Source: Acidobacteriota bacterium (GTDB lineage: Bacteria; Acidobacteriota; UBA6911; RPQK01; CBDAPI01). Taken from it: DNA of 64,000 nucleotides. Shown here one piece after another: positions 49,939 through 60,391 of this stretch (positions are counted from its first letter, which is position 1; each line of letters starts with the position of its first letter). The notes under the pieces were generated by a model. It searched no databases, had not been told where the DNA came from, and saw only the letters and a program-made list of their open reading frames with translations. Location: the NCBI GenBank assembly GCA_965214465.1, contig CBDCBX010000020.1:554363-618362 (forward strand). Direction: 5' to 3'. Made by a program: the position numbers and the translations under genes.

Positions 49939-51432
49939 ATGAAATCGGCCGGCAAAATGATCACCACCGCTTTCGCCCTCGCCGGGGCTGCAGCATCGCT
50001 CCCCTCGTGCGCCTCGCCGGACACGCAGGATCATGTCACCACGGTCTCATCGACACCGACGCAGGCTTTGAGTGCCGACGGGCAGTACATCTCCTGGAAA
50101 GAACACTTGATCGACGGCGAGGAACTGGGGGGAGTCCCGATCCAGGGAGGCGATGGTCTGCAGATGGCCGATCTGGACCTGGACGGGTATCTGGACATTG
50201 TTTCTGTCCACGAGTCCGACGTTGTCTACGGACAGAGCACCGAGGGCTATGTTCGAGTCGCTTTCGGATCTGAGAACCCGGACGAATGGGAACTGGTGAC
50301 TCTGGCCGAGGGAAAAGAGGCCGCAGCCGCAGAAGATGCATCCATCGGCGATCTCAACAACGATGGCTATCCCGACATTATTGTCGCCTGCGAACTGGCT
50401 CATCTTCTCTACCTCCAGAATCCGGGAGACGACATCCGGCAGGGAGCGAGGTGGCAGCGCGTCATCCCCGACGTTTCCCGGAACCGGGGCTCTTACATCC
50501 GCGTCTTTTTTGCCGACTTCAACGACGATGGCCGACTCGAGGTGGTGGCGGCGAACAAAGGAGAGCAGAGTCCCAGCCTGCAGAGCGCCCGGCTCTACCC
50601 GATCTCTTTGTTTCAAGCCCCCGACGATCCACTGGACAGTTCCGGCTGGGTCGAACGGGAGCTGACTCACGTACTGACCCCGATCAATTCACGCCCGGTT
50701 GATCTGGACGGGGACGGGGATCTGGACATCCTGGGCGGAAGTCGCTTTGAATCGCGCATGCTCTGGCTCGAGAATTTAGGGACTGGTGAGATCCAGTTTC
50801 GATAACACCGAATTGAAGTAGCAGGCCGGAGCGCCCCCTGGCGGGCGCGGGAAATGCATCTGACCGGAATGAACGTTGCCTTTCTGGATGTCAATCGAGA
50901 TGGCAGGCTCGACATTCTCACCCAGGAGACGTTCTCGAAGCTGATCTGGCTGGAGCAACCTGAAGAGCCTGCGTCACCGTGGCAGATCCACCCCATCGGT
51001 TCCATCTTTCCGGATCACGGTGTCGGTGTCGCCGTGGGAGACCTGAACCAGGACGGGCACTCGGACCTGCTTATCGGCAGCTACAGCCGAGGCCCCCGGG
51101 ATCAGGATGGCCCGGAGATCACCAAGGACCATCCGGTGGCGCGGATCGCCTGGTTTCAAAACCCCGGTTCGGAAACTGAAGCATGGGTCAGACACGACAT
51201 CACCCGGCGCAAACGCGGGATGTATGACCAGTTGATCCTGCTTGATCTGGACGGAGACGGTGACCTCGATTTCACAGGAACGCGTGGGAACAGCGCCCGG
51301 TTTGACGGAGTTTTCTGGGTGGAACAGGTCCGTACTCAAAGCCCCGCCGCCGCCTTTCAGCCGGCCCGACAGCAGGAGAGCGAGGAACTCGCCCTCACCT
51401 CCAACGGACTGGAATGGGAAGAACCGGAATAG
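49939..51432 (+). pseudogene. FG-GAP-repeat lipoprotein interrupted by an in-frame TAA (50803-50805)
   Basis: Lipobox LPSCAS. Repeated DxDxDGxxD FG-GAP units in both ORFs (49939..50805 and 50854..51432, same frame). The 48 nt between them are stop-free and continue the repeat (...EIQFR*HRIEVAGRSAPWRAREMHLTGMNVAFLDVNRDGRLD). Confidence 0.55.
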
Positions 51433-51476
51433 TTGGCGAATTGCGTCGACCCGAGAGATTGAGCTACGCTACGCAC

Positions 51477-52964
51477 ATGCGGCGATTGGCTCTGAACCTC
51501 TTTCTTCCTGTGCTCGCTGTCTCGGGGACAAATCTACTTCGGGCACAGCAGGTGGAGACGACCACGCCGGCTCCACGCCTTGCTCTCCTGTCGACCTGTG
51601 AGACTACGGAGCCCTCCCCCAGAGTTGCAGGACTTCAGCTTCCACCGGACCTGGAAGCGGCCGGGCGTGAGCTGCGGGGTCGGCTTGTGGCCGATCCATC
51701 CGATGTCTCGGTCCAGTTTGACCTGGGAACGCTGTTCGAAGTCCAGAGAGATTTCTCAGGCGCGCTGATTGCCTACCAGGAGGCTTTGAAACTGGACCGG
51801 TCCTGTTCGGACTGTGCCGTATCTCTGTCCTCCCTCCTGCATCACTGCAAGCAGAACGTGGATTCCGTCCGTGTGATGGAAGATTTCCTGGAAGCCAATC
51901 CCAGGTCGGCTCCGGCCGTGACTCATCTGGCCCTGCTTCACATAGAACTGAAGCAGTACAGTGAAGGCCTGCGCCTGGCCCGGCAGGCTCAAAAGCTGGA
52001 GAGCGATTCGGCGGTCGGGTACCACCTCCAGGCTGTGGCCCACCTCGGGCTGGAGCAGAGAGATGAAGCTGAGGCCTATTTCAAGATTGCCGTCGAGAAT
52101 GATGATCCATTGGCCGAATCCCACCTTCAACTGGGGCTTCTCTATGGCAAACAACCGGAGACCTTCGATCAGGCAGCAGTACACTTGCGAAAGGCCCTCG
52201 ATCTGGGGCTCGTACATCCTGAAATCTACAAGGATCTGGGCCGGGTCCTGGTCAATCAGGAGCAGCATCTGGATGCCATTGTGGAGCTGCAGAATGCTCT
52301 GACCCTCAATTCAGACTACGCGGAACCCTACTATTTCCTCTCCAAGTCGTACGAGAAACTGGGGCAGCAGGCCCAGGCTGAAGCTGCAATAGAGCGCTTT
52401 CGGACACTGGATGCCGCCCAGGTCGCACCTTCTGAGACAAGAACCCAGGCCCAGGCTCACTATCTGAGCGGTATGGCGTTGCTGCAGCAACGCAATGCGA
52501 ATGAGGCCTACCCGGCTTTCCTGAGAGCTATTGAAGTCGACGCGACCTTCGACTCCCCCTACTTTCGCCTGGCCCAGCTCAATTCAATGTCCGATCGCCC
52601 GCAACAGGCAGTTGAGCTGGTGCGCAAGGCCATTGCCCTGAATCCGATCCTGCCCGAGTACCATCTGCTTCTCGGTGAGAGCCTCCCCAAAAGCGAAGCC
52701 GAAGCCGCCATTGAGGCCATCCTGGAAGCCATCAAACTGAACCCTTCGGCGGCAACTCCCTACAATTCTCTGGGGAACATCCAGTTCGCCGACGGCCAAT
52801 ACGACCAGGCCCTCCGCGCCTACAGCCAGGCGATCAAGCTCGACGACGAGAACCCGATTTTTCACCTGAATCTTTCCTCCGTGCTCCGCCAGACGGGCGA
52901 CGAGGAAGGGAGCAAGAGGGAGCGCGATCTCTACACGCGTCTTTCGGCCAACCCGAACGACTAG
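51477..52964 (+). CDS. TPR-repeat protein, secreted
   Basis: Signal peptide MRRLALNLFLPVLAV, then multiple 34-aa TPR units (AY..A...D.......LG). Confidence 0.7.
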   Translation: MRRLALNLFLPVLAVSGTNLLRAQQVETTTPAPRLALLSTCETTEPSPRVAGLQLPPDLEAAGRELRGRLVADPSDVSVQFDLGTLFEVQRDFSGALIAYQEALKLDRSCSDCAVSLSSLLHHCKQNVDSVRVMEDFLEANPRSAPAVTHLALLHIELKQYSEGLRLARQAQKLESDSAVGYHLQAVAHLGLEQRDEAEAYFKIAVENDDPLAESHLQLGLLYGKQPETFDQAAVHLRKALDLGLVHPEIYKDLGRVLVNQEQHLDAIVELQNALTLNSDYAEPYYFLSKSYEKLGQQAQAEAAIERFRTLDAAQVAPSETRTQAQAHYLSGMALLQQRNANEAYPAFLRAIEVDATFDSPYFRLAQLNSMSDRPQQAVELVRKAIALNPILPEYHLLLGESLPKSEAEAAIEAILEAIKLNPSAATPYNSLGNIQFADGQYDQALRAYSQAIKLDDENPIFHLNLSSVLRQTGDEEGSKRERDLYTRLSANPND

Positions 52965-52985
52965 TTACGTTCCAAGGTTGGAACG

Positions 52986-54744
52986 TCAATCCCCCGCCAC
53001 CTGGTCCCATCCCCTCCGGGACAGGTCCCAGTAGATGACCACACCCCCCAGTGCCCCGACCAGAAGGAAGAAAAGGCCCAGGGCATAGTGGCCAAAAATC
53101 AGTTTTCCGACGCCAAAAACACCTCCGTAGACGAGAATCGTCCCACACAGCCAGTCTACGAACAGCCACCCAAAACCTGAATCGGGCTGGACGTGGGGAG
53201 CTACCTTGCGCAGTCTGGACCAGCCAATACCTCCCGGACGGACTTTTTCATAAAAGCGAATCAGGTGCTGCTGTTCCACCGGCCTGGTCAGCAGGGTGAC
53301 CGCCAGCCAGGCGACCGTAGTGACCCCAACGATGTAGTAAAGAGAGGTCGGGAAGACGATTTCCGTATAGAGACTCACATAGCCATAGACGAAAAAGGGT
53401 ACGACGGTTGCCACGATCTCACTCCAGGCATTGATCCGCCACCAGTAGAAGCGCAAGATCAGCACCAGCCCGATTCCGGCACCTGCTTCAATAATGAACT
53501 GCCAGGCCCCGGAGATGGTGTGGATAACGAGAGTGACCAGGACCGACGCGACCATCAGAAGGAAGGTGGCCGAGCGGGAGACGAAGATGTAATGCCTGTC
53601 GGAAGCCCCGGCGTTCAGAAAGCGCTTGTAGAAATCGTTGACCAGGTAAGAACTTCCCCAGTTGAACAGCGTTGTAATGGTCGACATGTAGGCCGCCAGG
53701 AAAGTGGCGACCAACAGTCCTTTCAGTCCCGGGGGCAGGAAATCACGCATGGCGTAGATGTACCCCAAGCGCTTCTCGTCGGGACCCAGCTCCGGATAGA
53801 GCACCAACGTTGACAGCCCCACCAGAATCCAGGGCCAGGGCCGCAGGCAATAGTGAGCGAGGGTGAACCACAGGGTTGCTAGCAAGGCGTGCTTCTCGTC
53901 CTTGGCGGAGAGCATCCGCTGGGCAATGAACCCTCCTCCGCCCGGCTCCGATCCCGGATACCAGGAGGCCCACCACTGAATGAAAATGTGAGCCACAAAC
54001 GCACTCACGGTCAGGGCTAGGACCCCTCCAGCAACCGCCTCGCCTCCCCCCACAACGGGAGTGAATCGAAACACCCAGTCCGGGAGCTTGGCCTGCAGAC
54101 CTGAAATCCCTCCCACCTCGGGCCTCCGCAAGACAACGAACATCAGGATGGTCGTTCCGGTCATGGCGATGACAAATTGAATGGCATCATTGAAGGCGAC
54201 TCCCCACAACCCTGCCAGCGCAGAGTAAACGGCCACGAACAGGAGGGCACCAAAAACGTAGTACCGAACTTGAGAAGACGGGATGCCAAACATTCCCTCC
54301 AGGATGGACATCATGGCCAGGTTGACCCAGCCCATCACCACCACATTGATGAAGAGTCCCAGGTAGAGCGCTCGGAACCCTCTCAGAAACGCCCCGGTCT
54401 TACCCGAGTAACGCAGCTCGATGAACTCCACATCGGTGACGACTCCGGTCCTGCGCCACAGGCGGGCAAAGAAAAAGACCGTCAGCATTCCTCCCAGAAT
54501 GAAGTTCCACCATAGCCAGTTTCCGGCAATGCCATTGCGGGCGACCAGTTCGGTGATCGCCAGCGGCGTATCGGTGGCAAAAGTGGTGGCGACCATGGAA
54601 GTTCCAGCAACCCACCAGGGAAGGCTTCGGCCCGAGAGGAAAAACTCCTCCATGTTCTTACCCGCCCGCTTCGAAAAGTAGACCGCCACCGAGAAGCTGA
54701 TCATGAGATAGAGGCCAACAATGATCCAGTCGACTGCATGCATA
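52986..54744 (-). CDS. sodium:solute symporter (SSS) family transporter
   Basis: GRSLPWWVAGTSMVATTFATDTPL SSS signature. About 585 aa from MHAVDW. The ORF-track upstream extension overlaps the next gene. Confidence 0.7.
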
Positions 54745-54839
54745 GGCTTGAATGTTAAAGGTTCAAGGCTAGAATTTGAAGATCGTCCGACCTTGCGTCG
54801 TTTCCATGCACTGGTCCTGTGTGGTAAACAGATGCTGTC

Positions 54840-55559
54840 ATGAGCCACCTCTTTCTGGTCCGGCACGGTCAGGCCACTTTTCCCTATCTGGACCAGGATC
54901 ATCTGACCGGAATTGGGCAGGCTCAGGCCCGGCTGCTTGGTTGTTTCTGGGCAGCTCAGGGAATGGAATTCGACCAGATCTACACGGGACCCGGCGGCCG
55001 TCACCAGGAGACCGCCGCCCTGGCCGGCAAAGTGCTGCTTGATCAGGGTCTGCAGTGGCCGGAGCCAGTCGTTCTCGAGTCACTGGACGAATACCAGGCA
55101 GGAGCGCTTCTCAACCTGGGAGTGGCCCGATTTCGCGAGGTTGACCAGCGCATCGGTGAACTGTGGGATGCTTCCAAGTCGGCTGCCGATCCGGTCGAAA
55201 AAGAAAGAGCCTGGAACCGCATGTTTGAGGCCATCCTCCACGCCTGGGCCCATCAAGAGGTCGAACTGGACGGCGTCGAGCCATGGGGAGATTTCTGTGT
55301 TCGGGTGGAGGGGGGAATCTCCGAGATCGTCAAGCAGGGCGGAAAAGGTCGGCTCGTGGCTGCCTTTACCTCGGGCGGACCCATTGGAGTCGCCGCCCGG
55401 CACGCCCTGCAAACCTCAACCGAGAAGACTCTGCAAATGGCCTGGATGGTTCGCAACACCTCCTTGAGCGAGTTTCTCTTCTCTGATGACCGTTTCACCT
55501 TGAGTACTTTCAATGCCTTCCCACATTTCCGGGAGCCGTCCGTACTGACGTATCGTTAA
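54840..55559 (+). CDS. histidine phosphatase (phosphoglycerate-mutase-like) family protein
   Basis: LFLVRHGQA RHG catalytic motif. Confidence 0.75.
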   Translation: MSHLFLVRHGQATFPYLDQDHLTGIGQAQARLLGCFWAAQGMEFDQIYTGPGGRHQETAALAGKVLLDQGLQWPEPVVLESLDEYQAGALLNLGVARFREVDQRIGELWDASKSAADPVEKERAWNRMFEAILHAWAHQEVELDGVEPWGDFCVRVEGGISEIVKQGGKGRLVAAFTSGGPIGVAARHALQTSTEKTLQMAWMVRNTSLSEFLFSDDRFTLSTFNAFPHFREPSVLTYR

Positions 55560-55581
55560 CGAGCACCAGGAGGAAGCCTTT

Positions 55582-56694
55582 ATGGATTTCAGCATAGACC
55601 CCCAAACACAGGAGCTCCTGGAAAAGATCCAGGACCTCGTCGAGCGGAAACTCTATCCCCTCGAAGCGGACCTGGAAATAAGCGGTATCAAGAGTCTCTT
55701 ACCCAGACTCAGCGAGATTCGAGAAGAGGTAAGAGAACTGGGCTTCTGGTGTCCCCACATCTCCAGGGAACACGGCGGCATGGGCCTCAGCCTGGTGCAG
55801 CACGCACTGGTAAGCGCCGTCCTGGGCCGCTGCCAGCTCGGCCACTATGTGTTCAATTGCCAGGCCCCCGACGCTGGGAACATGGAGATTTTGATCAAGA
55901 ACGGCACCTCAGAACAGAAGCAGACCTTCCTGGAGCCTCTGCTGGAGGGCCGCATTCGAAGTTGCTTTGCCATGACCGAGCCCGAGCGGCCGGGATCGAA
56001 TCCGACCTGGATGGAGACCAGCGCAGTCAAAGATGGCCAGGACTACGTCATCAATGGGCACAAGTGGTTTACCAGCGCAGCCGACGGAGCCAGCTTTGCC
56101 ATTGTGATGGCTGTGACCGACGCCGAGGCCGGTCGCTACGATCGAGCCAGTATGATCCTGGTGCCCACGGACACTCCCGGGTTCCGGCGACTGCGAAACA
56201 TCCCCATCATGGGTCATGTGGGAGAGGACTACTTCAGCCATGCGGAGGTCGTCTTCGAGGACTGTCGGATTCCCCGCGAGAATCTTCTGGGAGCAGAGGG
56301 AGCCGGTTTCAGAATCGCCCAGCAGCGGCTGGGCGCTGGTCGAATCCACCACTGCATGCGCTGGATCGGTATCGGTGAGCGCTCGATCGAGCTGATGTGC
56401 CAGCGGGTCGCAGACCGCGAGCTGGCCCCGGGCCGTCCCCTGGGTTCGAGACAGATCGTGCAGACCTGGATTGCTGACAGCTGGGCGGAGATCCGGGCGG
56501 CGCGCCTCATGGTGCTCGATGCTGCCTGGAAGATGGAGCAAGACGGTCAGCTGGGGGCTCGCAAAGAGATTTCCGCCATCAAGTTTTATGCGGCCAACGT
56601 ACTTCTCAAGGTGCTGGATCGCGCCATCCAGGCCCACGGAGGCTTGGGCGTTACCAGCGATACCCCTCTGGCCCGGATTATGCATGAGATCTGA
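55582..56694 (+). pseudogene. acyl-CoA dehydrogenase, N-terminal 370 aa (gene split by IS1380-like insertion; C-terminal 32 aa at 58341-58439)
   Basis: ACAD fold motifs. ...TPLARIMHEI then stop from inserted DNA. The fragment at 58341-58439 (ERAGRIYDGPDEVHRIVVARELLRPYGVKVTF*) aligns gaplessly with the human MCAD C-terminus ([30 protein letters not shown]). Confidence 0.7.
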
Positions 56695-58340
56695 ATCCGA
56701 GTGAGATTTGGGCCCATAAAAAGAGCCGTAGCTCTCTGATATAAAAGGGTTTACACAAACAAGACTCTAACCAGGAGCTACGGCAATGTTAAGAGCAGTC
56801 TGCCAGAATACCCTGCCATTTCACAGCCACAGAAAGATCACGGCGCGTTTTGATGGGGGAGCCTCACTTCCGACGCAGGATGGTTGTTGTTTGGATCGGT
56901 GGATCGGCAACATCGGCTCTGCGAGGGCTTCAGTTCGTGTATTTCGGAGAGTCGAGACCAACGCTACATTCGTCATGATCTGTTGAAGTTGATCCGACAA
57001 CGAGTCTTGCAGATCGTGGCCGGCTACGAAGACTGTAATGACGCCGATACGCTGCGCTCGGATCCGATGCTCAAAACCGTCTGTGATCAGTTGCCGGAGA
57101 GCGATCCGGATTTGGCCACGCAGCCGACTTTCTCCCGCTTGGAGAACTCCGTCACCAGGAAGGATCTGATGCGTTTGAGCCAGTGGCTGCTAGGCCGTTA
57201 TGTGCGCTCCCTGAAGAAAAGACGTCCCGGTAAGATCATCCTGGATCTGGACAGTACCGACGACCACACCCACGGCCAGCAGGAGTTCTCCTTCTACCAC
57301 GGGTATTACCGAAGCCACATTCTGCATCCTTTGCTGATCTTCGATGCCGACACGGGAGACCTGGTGTGTGCCGTGTTGAGACCTGGCAACAAGGGAGCTG
57401 CCTCTCACATCGTGCCCATTCTGAAGCGAGTCGTGGAGGCTATCCGACAAGGAGTGGGGACGGATGTCGAGATTGAGATTCGGGCCGACAGCGGCTTTGC
57501 CACGCCGCGGCTCTACGAGTTCTGTGAGGCTGAAGAGAATCAACTCCAGTATGTCATTGGGTTAAGTCGAAACCCTCGCCTGCAGCGAGTGGTCGAGCCC
57601 CTGCTGGATTCGACTCGGGAAAGGTTCCTTGAGCTGGAGGAAAAACAGCGTCAGTTTGACGAGTTTCTTTATCGAGCCAACAGCTGGGATCGATCTCGTC
57701 GCGTCATCGTCAAAGTGGAGGTCGATCAGCGCGGGATCAATCGTCGCTTTGTGGTCACCAACCGGGACGATCTCTGCTCCCAATCACTTTATGACCACTA
57801 CACAAACCGAGGACAGACCGAAAACTTCATCAAGGCCTTCAAGAATCATCTGAGCATGGACCGACTCAGCTGTCATCGATTCCTGGCCAATCAGTTTCGA
57901 CTCCTCCTGCATGCCCTGGCTTACCAGATGTTCGTGCGCCTGCGCGACTATCTGCACGGGACCCCCTGGCACAAGCTCGAAATCGAAACCTTACGTCGTC
58001 GTGTCCTCAAGATCGGGGCCCGGATCCGACAAACCACTCGACGCATCTGGGTCCATCTTTCCTCAGCCTTTCCCGAACAACCCCTCTTCCACCTCGTCTT
58101 GAGTCGTCTCAACTCCAGCTAGCCTCTCCCAGCTCCCCGAAAAACCGCTTCCGATACTCACCCAGGCCCAGATCTGTCTGAAATTCACTCCCCAACCACT
58201 TCAAACGCCTCGCCAACCGATATTCTTCGCAAATCCGCCTGTCACACCTGTCCGCTTTCGAGTTGAGCCACTTCTCGAGTCGTTTTTCAACTCCGGACTA
58301 CGGTTCTTGCATAATCCGGGCTGGCGGCCTTCTTTCGAAA
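56695..58340 (+). mobile_element. IS1380-family-like insertion sequence with frameshifted transposase (boundaries approximate)
   Basis: Lies between ACAD codon ...I (56689-56691) and R (58345-58347). Weak terminal IR candidates around 56712-56745 and 58290-58325 (AGARCCGTAG core). No clean target-site duplication found. Confidence 0.55.
56786..58122 (+). pseudogene. IS1380-family DDE transposase with a frameshift near 56880-56990
   Basis: The N-terminal KITARFDGGASLPTQDGCCLDRWI (ORF 56786..56986) is in a different frame from the main body (56884..58122), which carries IAGYEDCNDADTLRSDP and YTNRGQTENFIKAFK motifs. Confidence 0.65.
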
Positions 58341-58439
58341 CGAACGAGCGGGTCGCATTTATGACGGACCTGACGAAGTCCATCGCATCGTGGTGGCCCG
58401 TGAACTGCTCAGGCCGTATGGGGTCAAGGTGACTTTCTA
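58341..58439 (+). pseudogene. acyl-CoA dehydrogenase C-terminal remnant
   Basis: See 55582-56694. Confidence 0.65.
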
Positions 58440-58485
58440 GCTGCTAAGGCCCCCAACCTTCAGGCGCAACTGGAACAGGTAAAAA

Positions 58486-59574
58486 GTGGTTACAAGAGAC
58501 TCCCAGGAGAACAAGTTCCTCGACTTGAGCACCACGGTGCGCCCTGGGGAGGAGTTGGACCTGACCCGGCTGGAACCCTACCTGAGAAATCGGTTCCCCC
58601 GGGAATCCGGTCCACTGATCGTGGAGCAGTTCCCTCAGGGACACTCCAATCTGACCTACCTGGTTCGTCTGGGAGATCGGGAACTCGCACTGAGACGCCC
58701 TCCCTTTGGCAGCAGGGTGAAGACGGCCCATGACATGGGCCGCGAATACCGCGTCCTGTCCAGGCTGCACAAGGCCTATCCCCCGGCCCCGCGCCCCTTC
58801 TTTTACTGTGACGATGAGTCCGTACTGGGAGCCCCCTTCTATGCCATGCAGCGGGTCCGGGGGGTGATCATGCGCAAGGACCTTCCACCCGGACTGGAGA
58901 TCCCGCCCGAGACAGCTCGGCGAATGTCCGAATCTTTCATCGACAACCTGACGGAGTTGCACGGATTGGATTACGAGGCCGTTGGCCTGGGCAACCTGGG
59001 CAAACCGGAGGGGTTTGTGGCCAGACAGATATCCGGCTGGATCAAGCGCTATGAGCGATCCCGAACCCACGAACTGGAAGGAGTGGAGAAAATCTCATTG
59101 TGGCTGACGGAGCAAATGCCGCCGGAAGCCGGAAGCGCCCTGATCCACAACGACTACAAGTACGACAATGTCGTCCTCGACGCGGCTGACCTGACACGGA
59201 TCGTTGGCGTTCTGGACTGGGAAATGTGCACTCTGGGGGATCCGCTGATGGACCTGGGAACGGCCCTGAACTACTGGGTGAATGCTGACGATCCGGACGA
59301 CCTGCAGCAGATTCGGTTTGGCCTCACTACCTTGCCGGGAACTCTCACGCGGAGAGAACTGGCGGATCGATACGCCGAGAAATCCGGCCAGGATATTTCC
59401 AACCTTGCGTATTACTACGCGTTCGGCCTCTTCAAGACAGCCGTCATCTGCCAGCAGATTTACTACCGATACCACCACGGTCTCACCAAGGACGAGCGCT
59501 TTCCCGCGTTTCTCGACGCCGCCCGAATCATGATGAAAACGGCAGTCCGGGTTTCCGAAACCGGAATCGTCTGA
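58486..59574 (+). CDS. phosphotransferase (APH/choline-kinase-like) family protein
   Basis: IHNDYKYDNVVLD catalytic loop and VLDWEMCTLGDP motif. Adjacent to ACAD, as in ACAD10/11-type arrangements. Confidence 0.75.
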   Translation: MVTRDSQENKFLDLSTTVRPGEELDLTRLEPYLRNRFPRESGPLIVEQFPQGHSNLTYLVRLGDRELALRRPPFGSRVKTAHDMGREYRVLSRLHKAYPPAPRPFFYCDDESVLGAPFYAMQRVRGVIMRKDLPPGLEIPPETARRMSESFIDNLTELHGLDYEAVGLGNLGKPEGFVARQISGWIKRYERSRTHELEGVEKISLWLTEQMPPEAGSALIHNDYKYDNVVLDAADLTRIVGVLDWEMCTLGDPLMDLGTALNYWVNADDPDDLQQIRFGLTTLPGTLTRRELADRYAEKSGQDISNLAYYYAFGLFKTAVICQQIYYRYHHGLTKDERFPAFLDAARIMMKTAVRVSETGIV

Positions 59575-59617
59575 TCGGCCGCTGCTCCTAGGTGAACAGG
59601 AACGAGCAACGCACCCC

Positions 59618-60391
59618 CTACCAGGCTGTCATGCCTCCGTCCACGACCAGCACATGCCCGGTCACGTAGTCGGAAGCCCGGGAGGCGAGGAAGACCGCGG
59701 CCCCCTTCAGATCGTCCTTTCCGCCTACCCGGCCCAGAGGGATAGAGGGAAGAATATGGTCTTTGCGGTTCTCGATGATCCAGCCGGACATTTGAGTTGG
59801 AAACCAGCCGGGAGCGATGGCGTTCACCTGAACATTGTGGGGGGCCCAGCCACAGGCCAAATCTTTGGTGAGGGCTGCCACTCCGCCCTTGGATGCGCTG
59901 TAGCCGGAAGCCTGCATGATCTCCGGGCGCCCGCCCCCCAGGGCTGCGGTCGAGGCGATATTGATGATCTTCCCCTGGCGGCGTTCGATCATCGTTCTGG
60001 CTACCGCCTGGGCACAGAGAAAGGTGCCGGTCAGATTGGTCTGAATCACCTGGTTCCACCGCTCCAGCGGCATCTCCTCAGCCGGGGCACCCCAGGCCGT
60101 TCCGGCGTTGTTGACAAGGATGTCAATCTTTCCAAAGCTGTCCATTGTGAAGTCCACGAGAGCCGTAATGTCCTCTGGGATCGTCACGTCACAGCCATGA
60201 GCCAGAGCTCGAATCCCGTGATTCTCGAGTGCAGTGGCAGCCTCCTGACAGCGTTCCTGCTTACGAGCGCTGAGCACCAGGCTGGCGCCCATCTCGGCAA
60301 AACCTTCGGCGATCTGTCTGCCCAGGCCAGTCCCCCCCCCGGTAATGATCGCCACGCGCCCAGAAAGGTCGAACAGCTCCTTTGTATTCAT
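59618..60391 (-). CDS. SDR-family oxidoreductase
   Basis: VAIITGGGTGLGRQIA Rossmann motif and YSASKGG catalytic motif. Confidence 0.8.
   Translation of the reverse strand: MNTKELFDLSGRVAIITGGGTGLGRQIAEGFAEMGASLVLSARKQERCQEAATALENHGIRALAHGCDVTIPEDITALVDFTMDSFGKIDILVNNAGTAWGAPAEEMPLERWNQVIQTNLTGTFLCAQAVARTMIERRQGKIINIASTAALGGGRPEIMQASGYSASKGGVAALTKDLACGWAPHNVQVNAIAPGWFPTQMSGWIIENRKDHILPSIPLGRVGGKDDLKGAAVFLASRASDYVTGHVLVVDGGMTAW

Noticed and set aside
58444-59070. 208-aa minus-strand ORF
   Set aside because: Antisense to the APH-like phosphotransferase, which has clear catalytic motifs.
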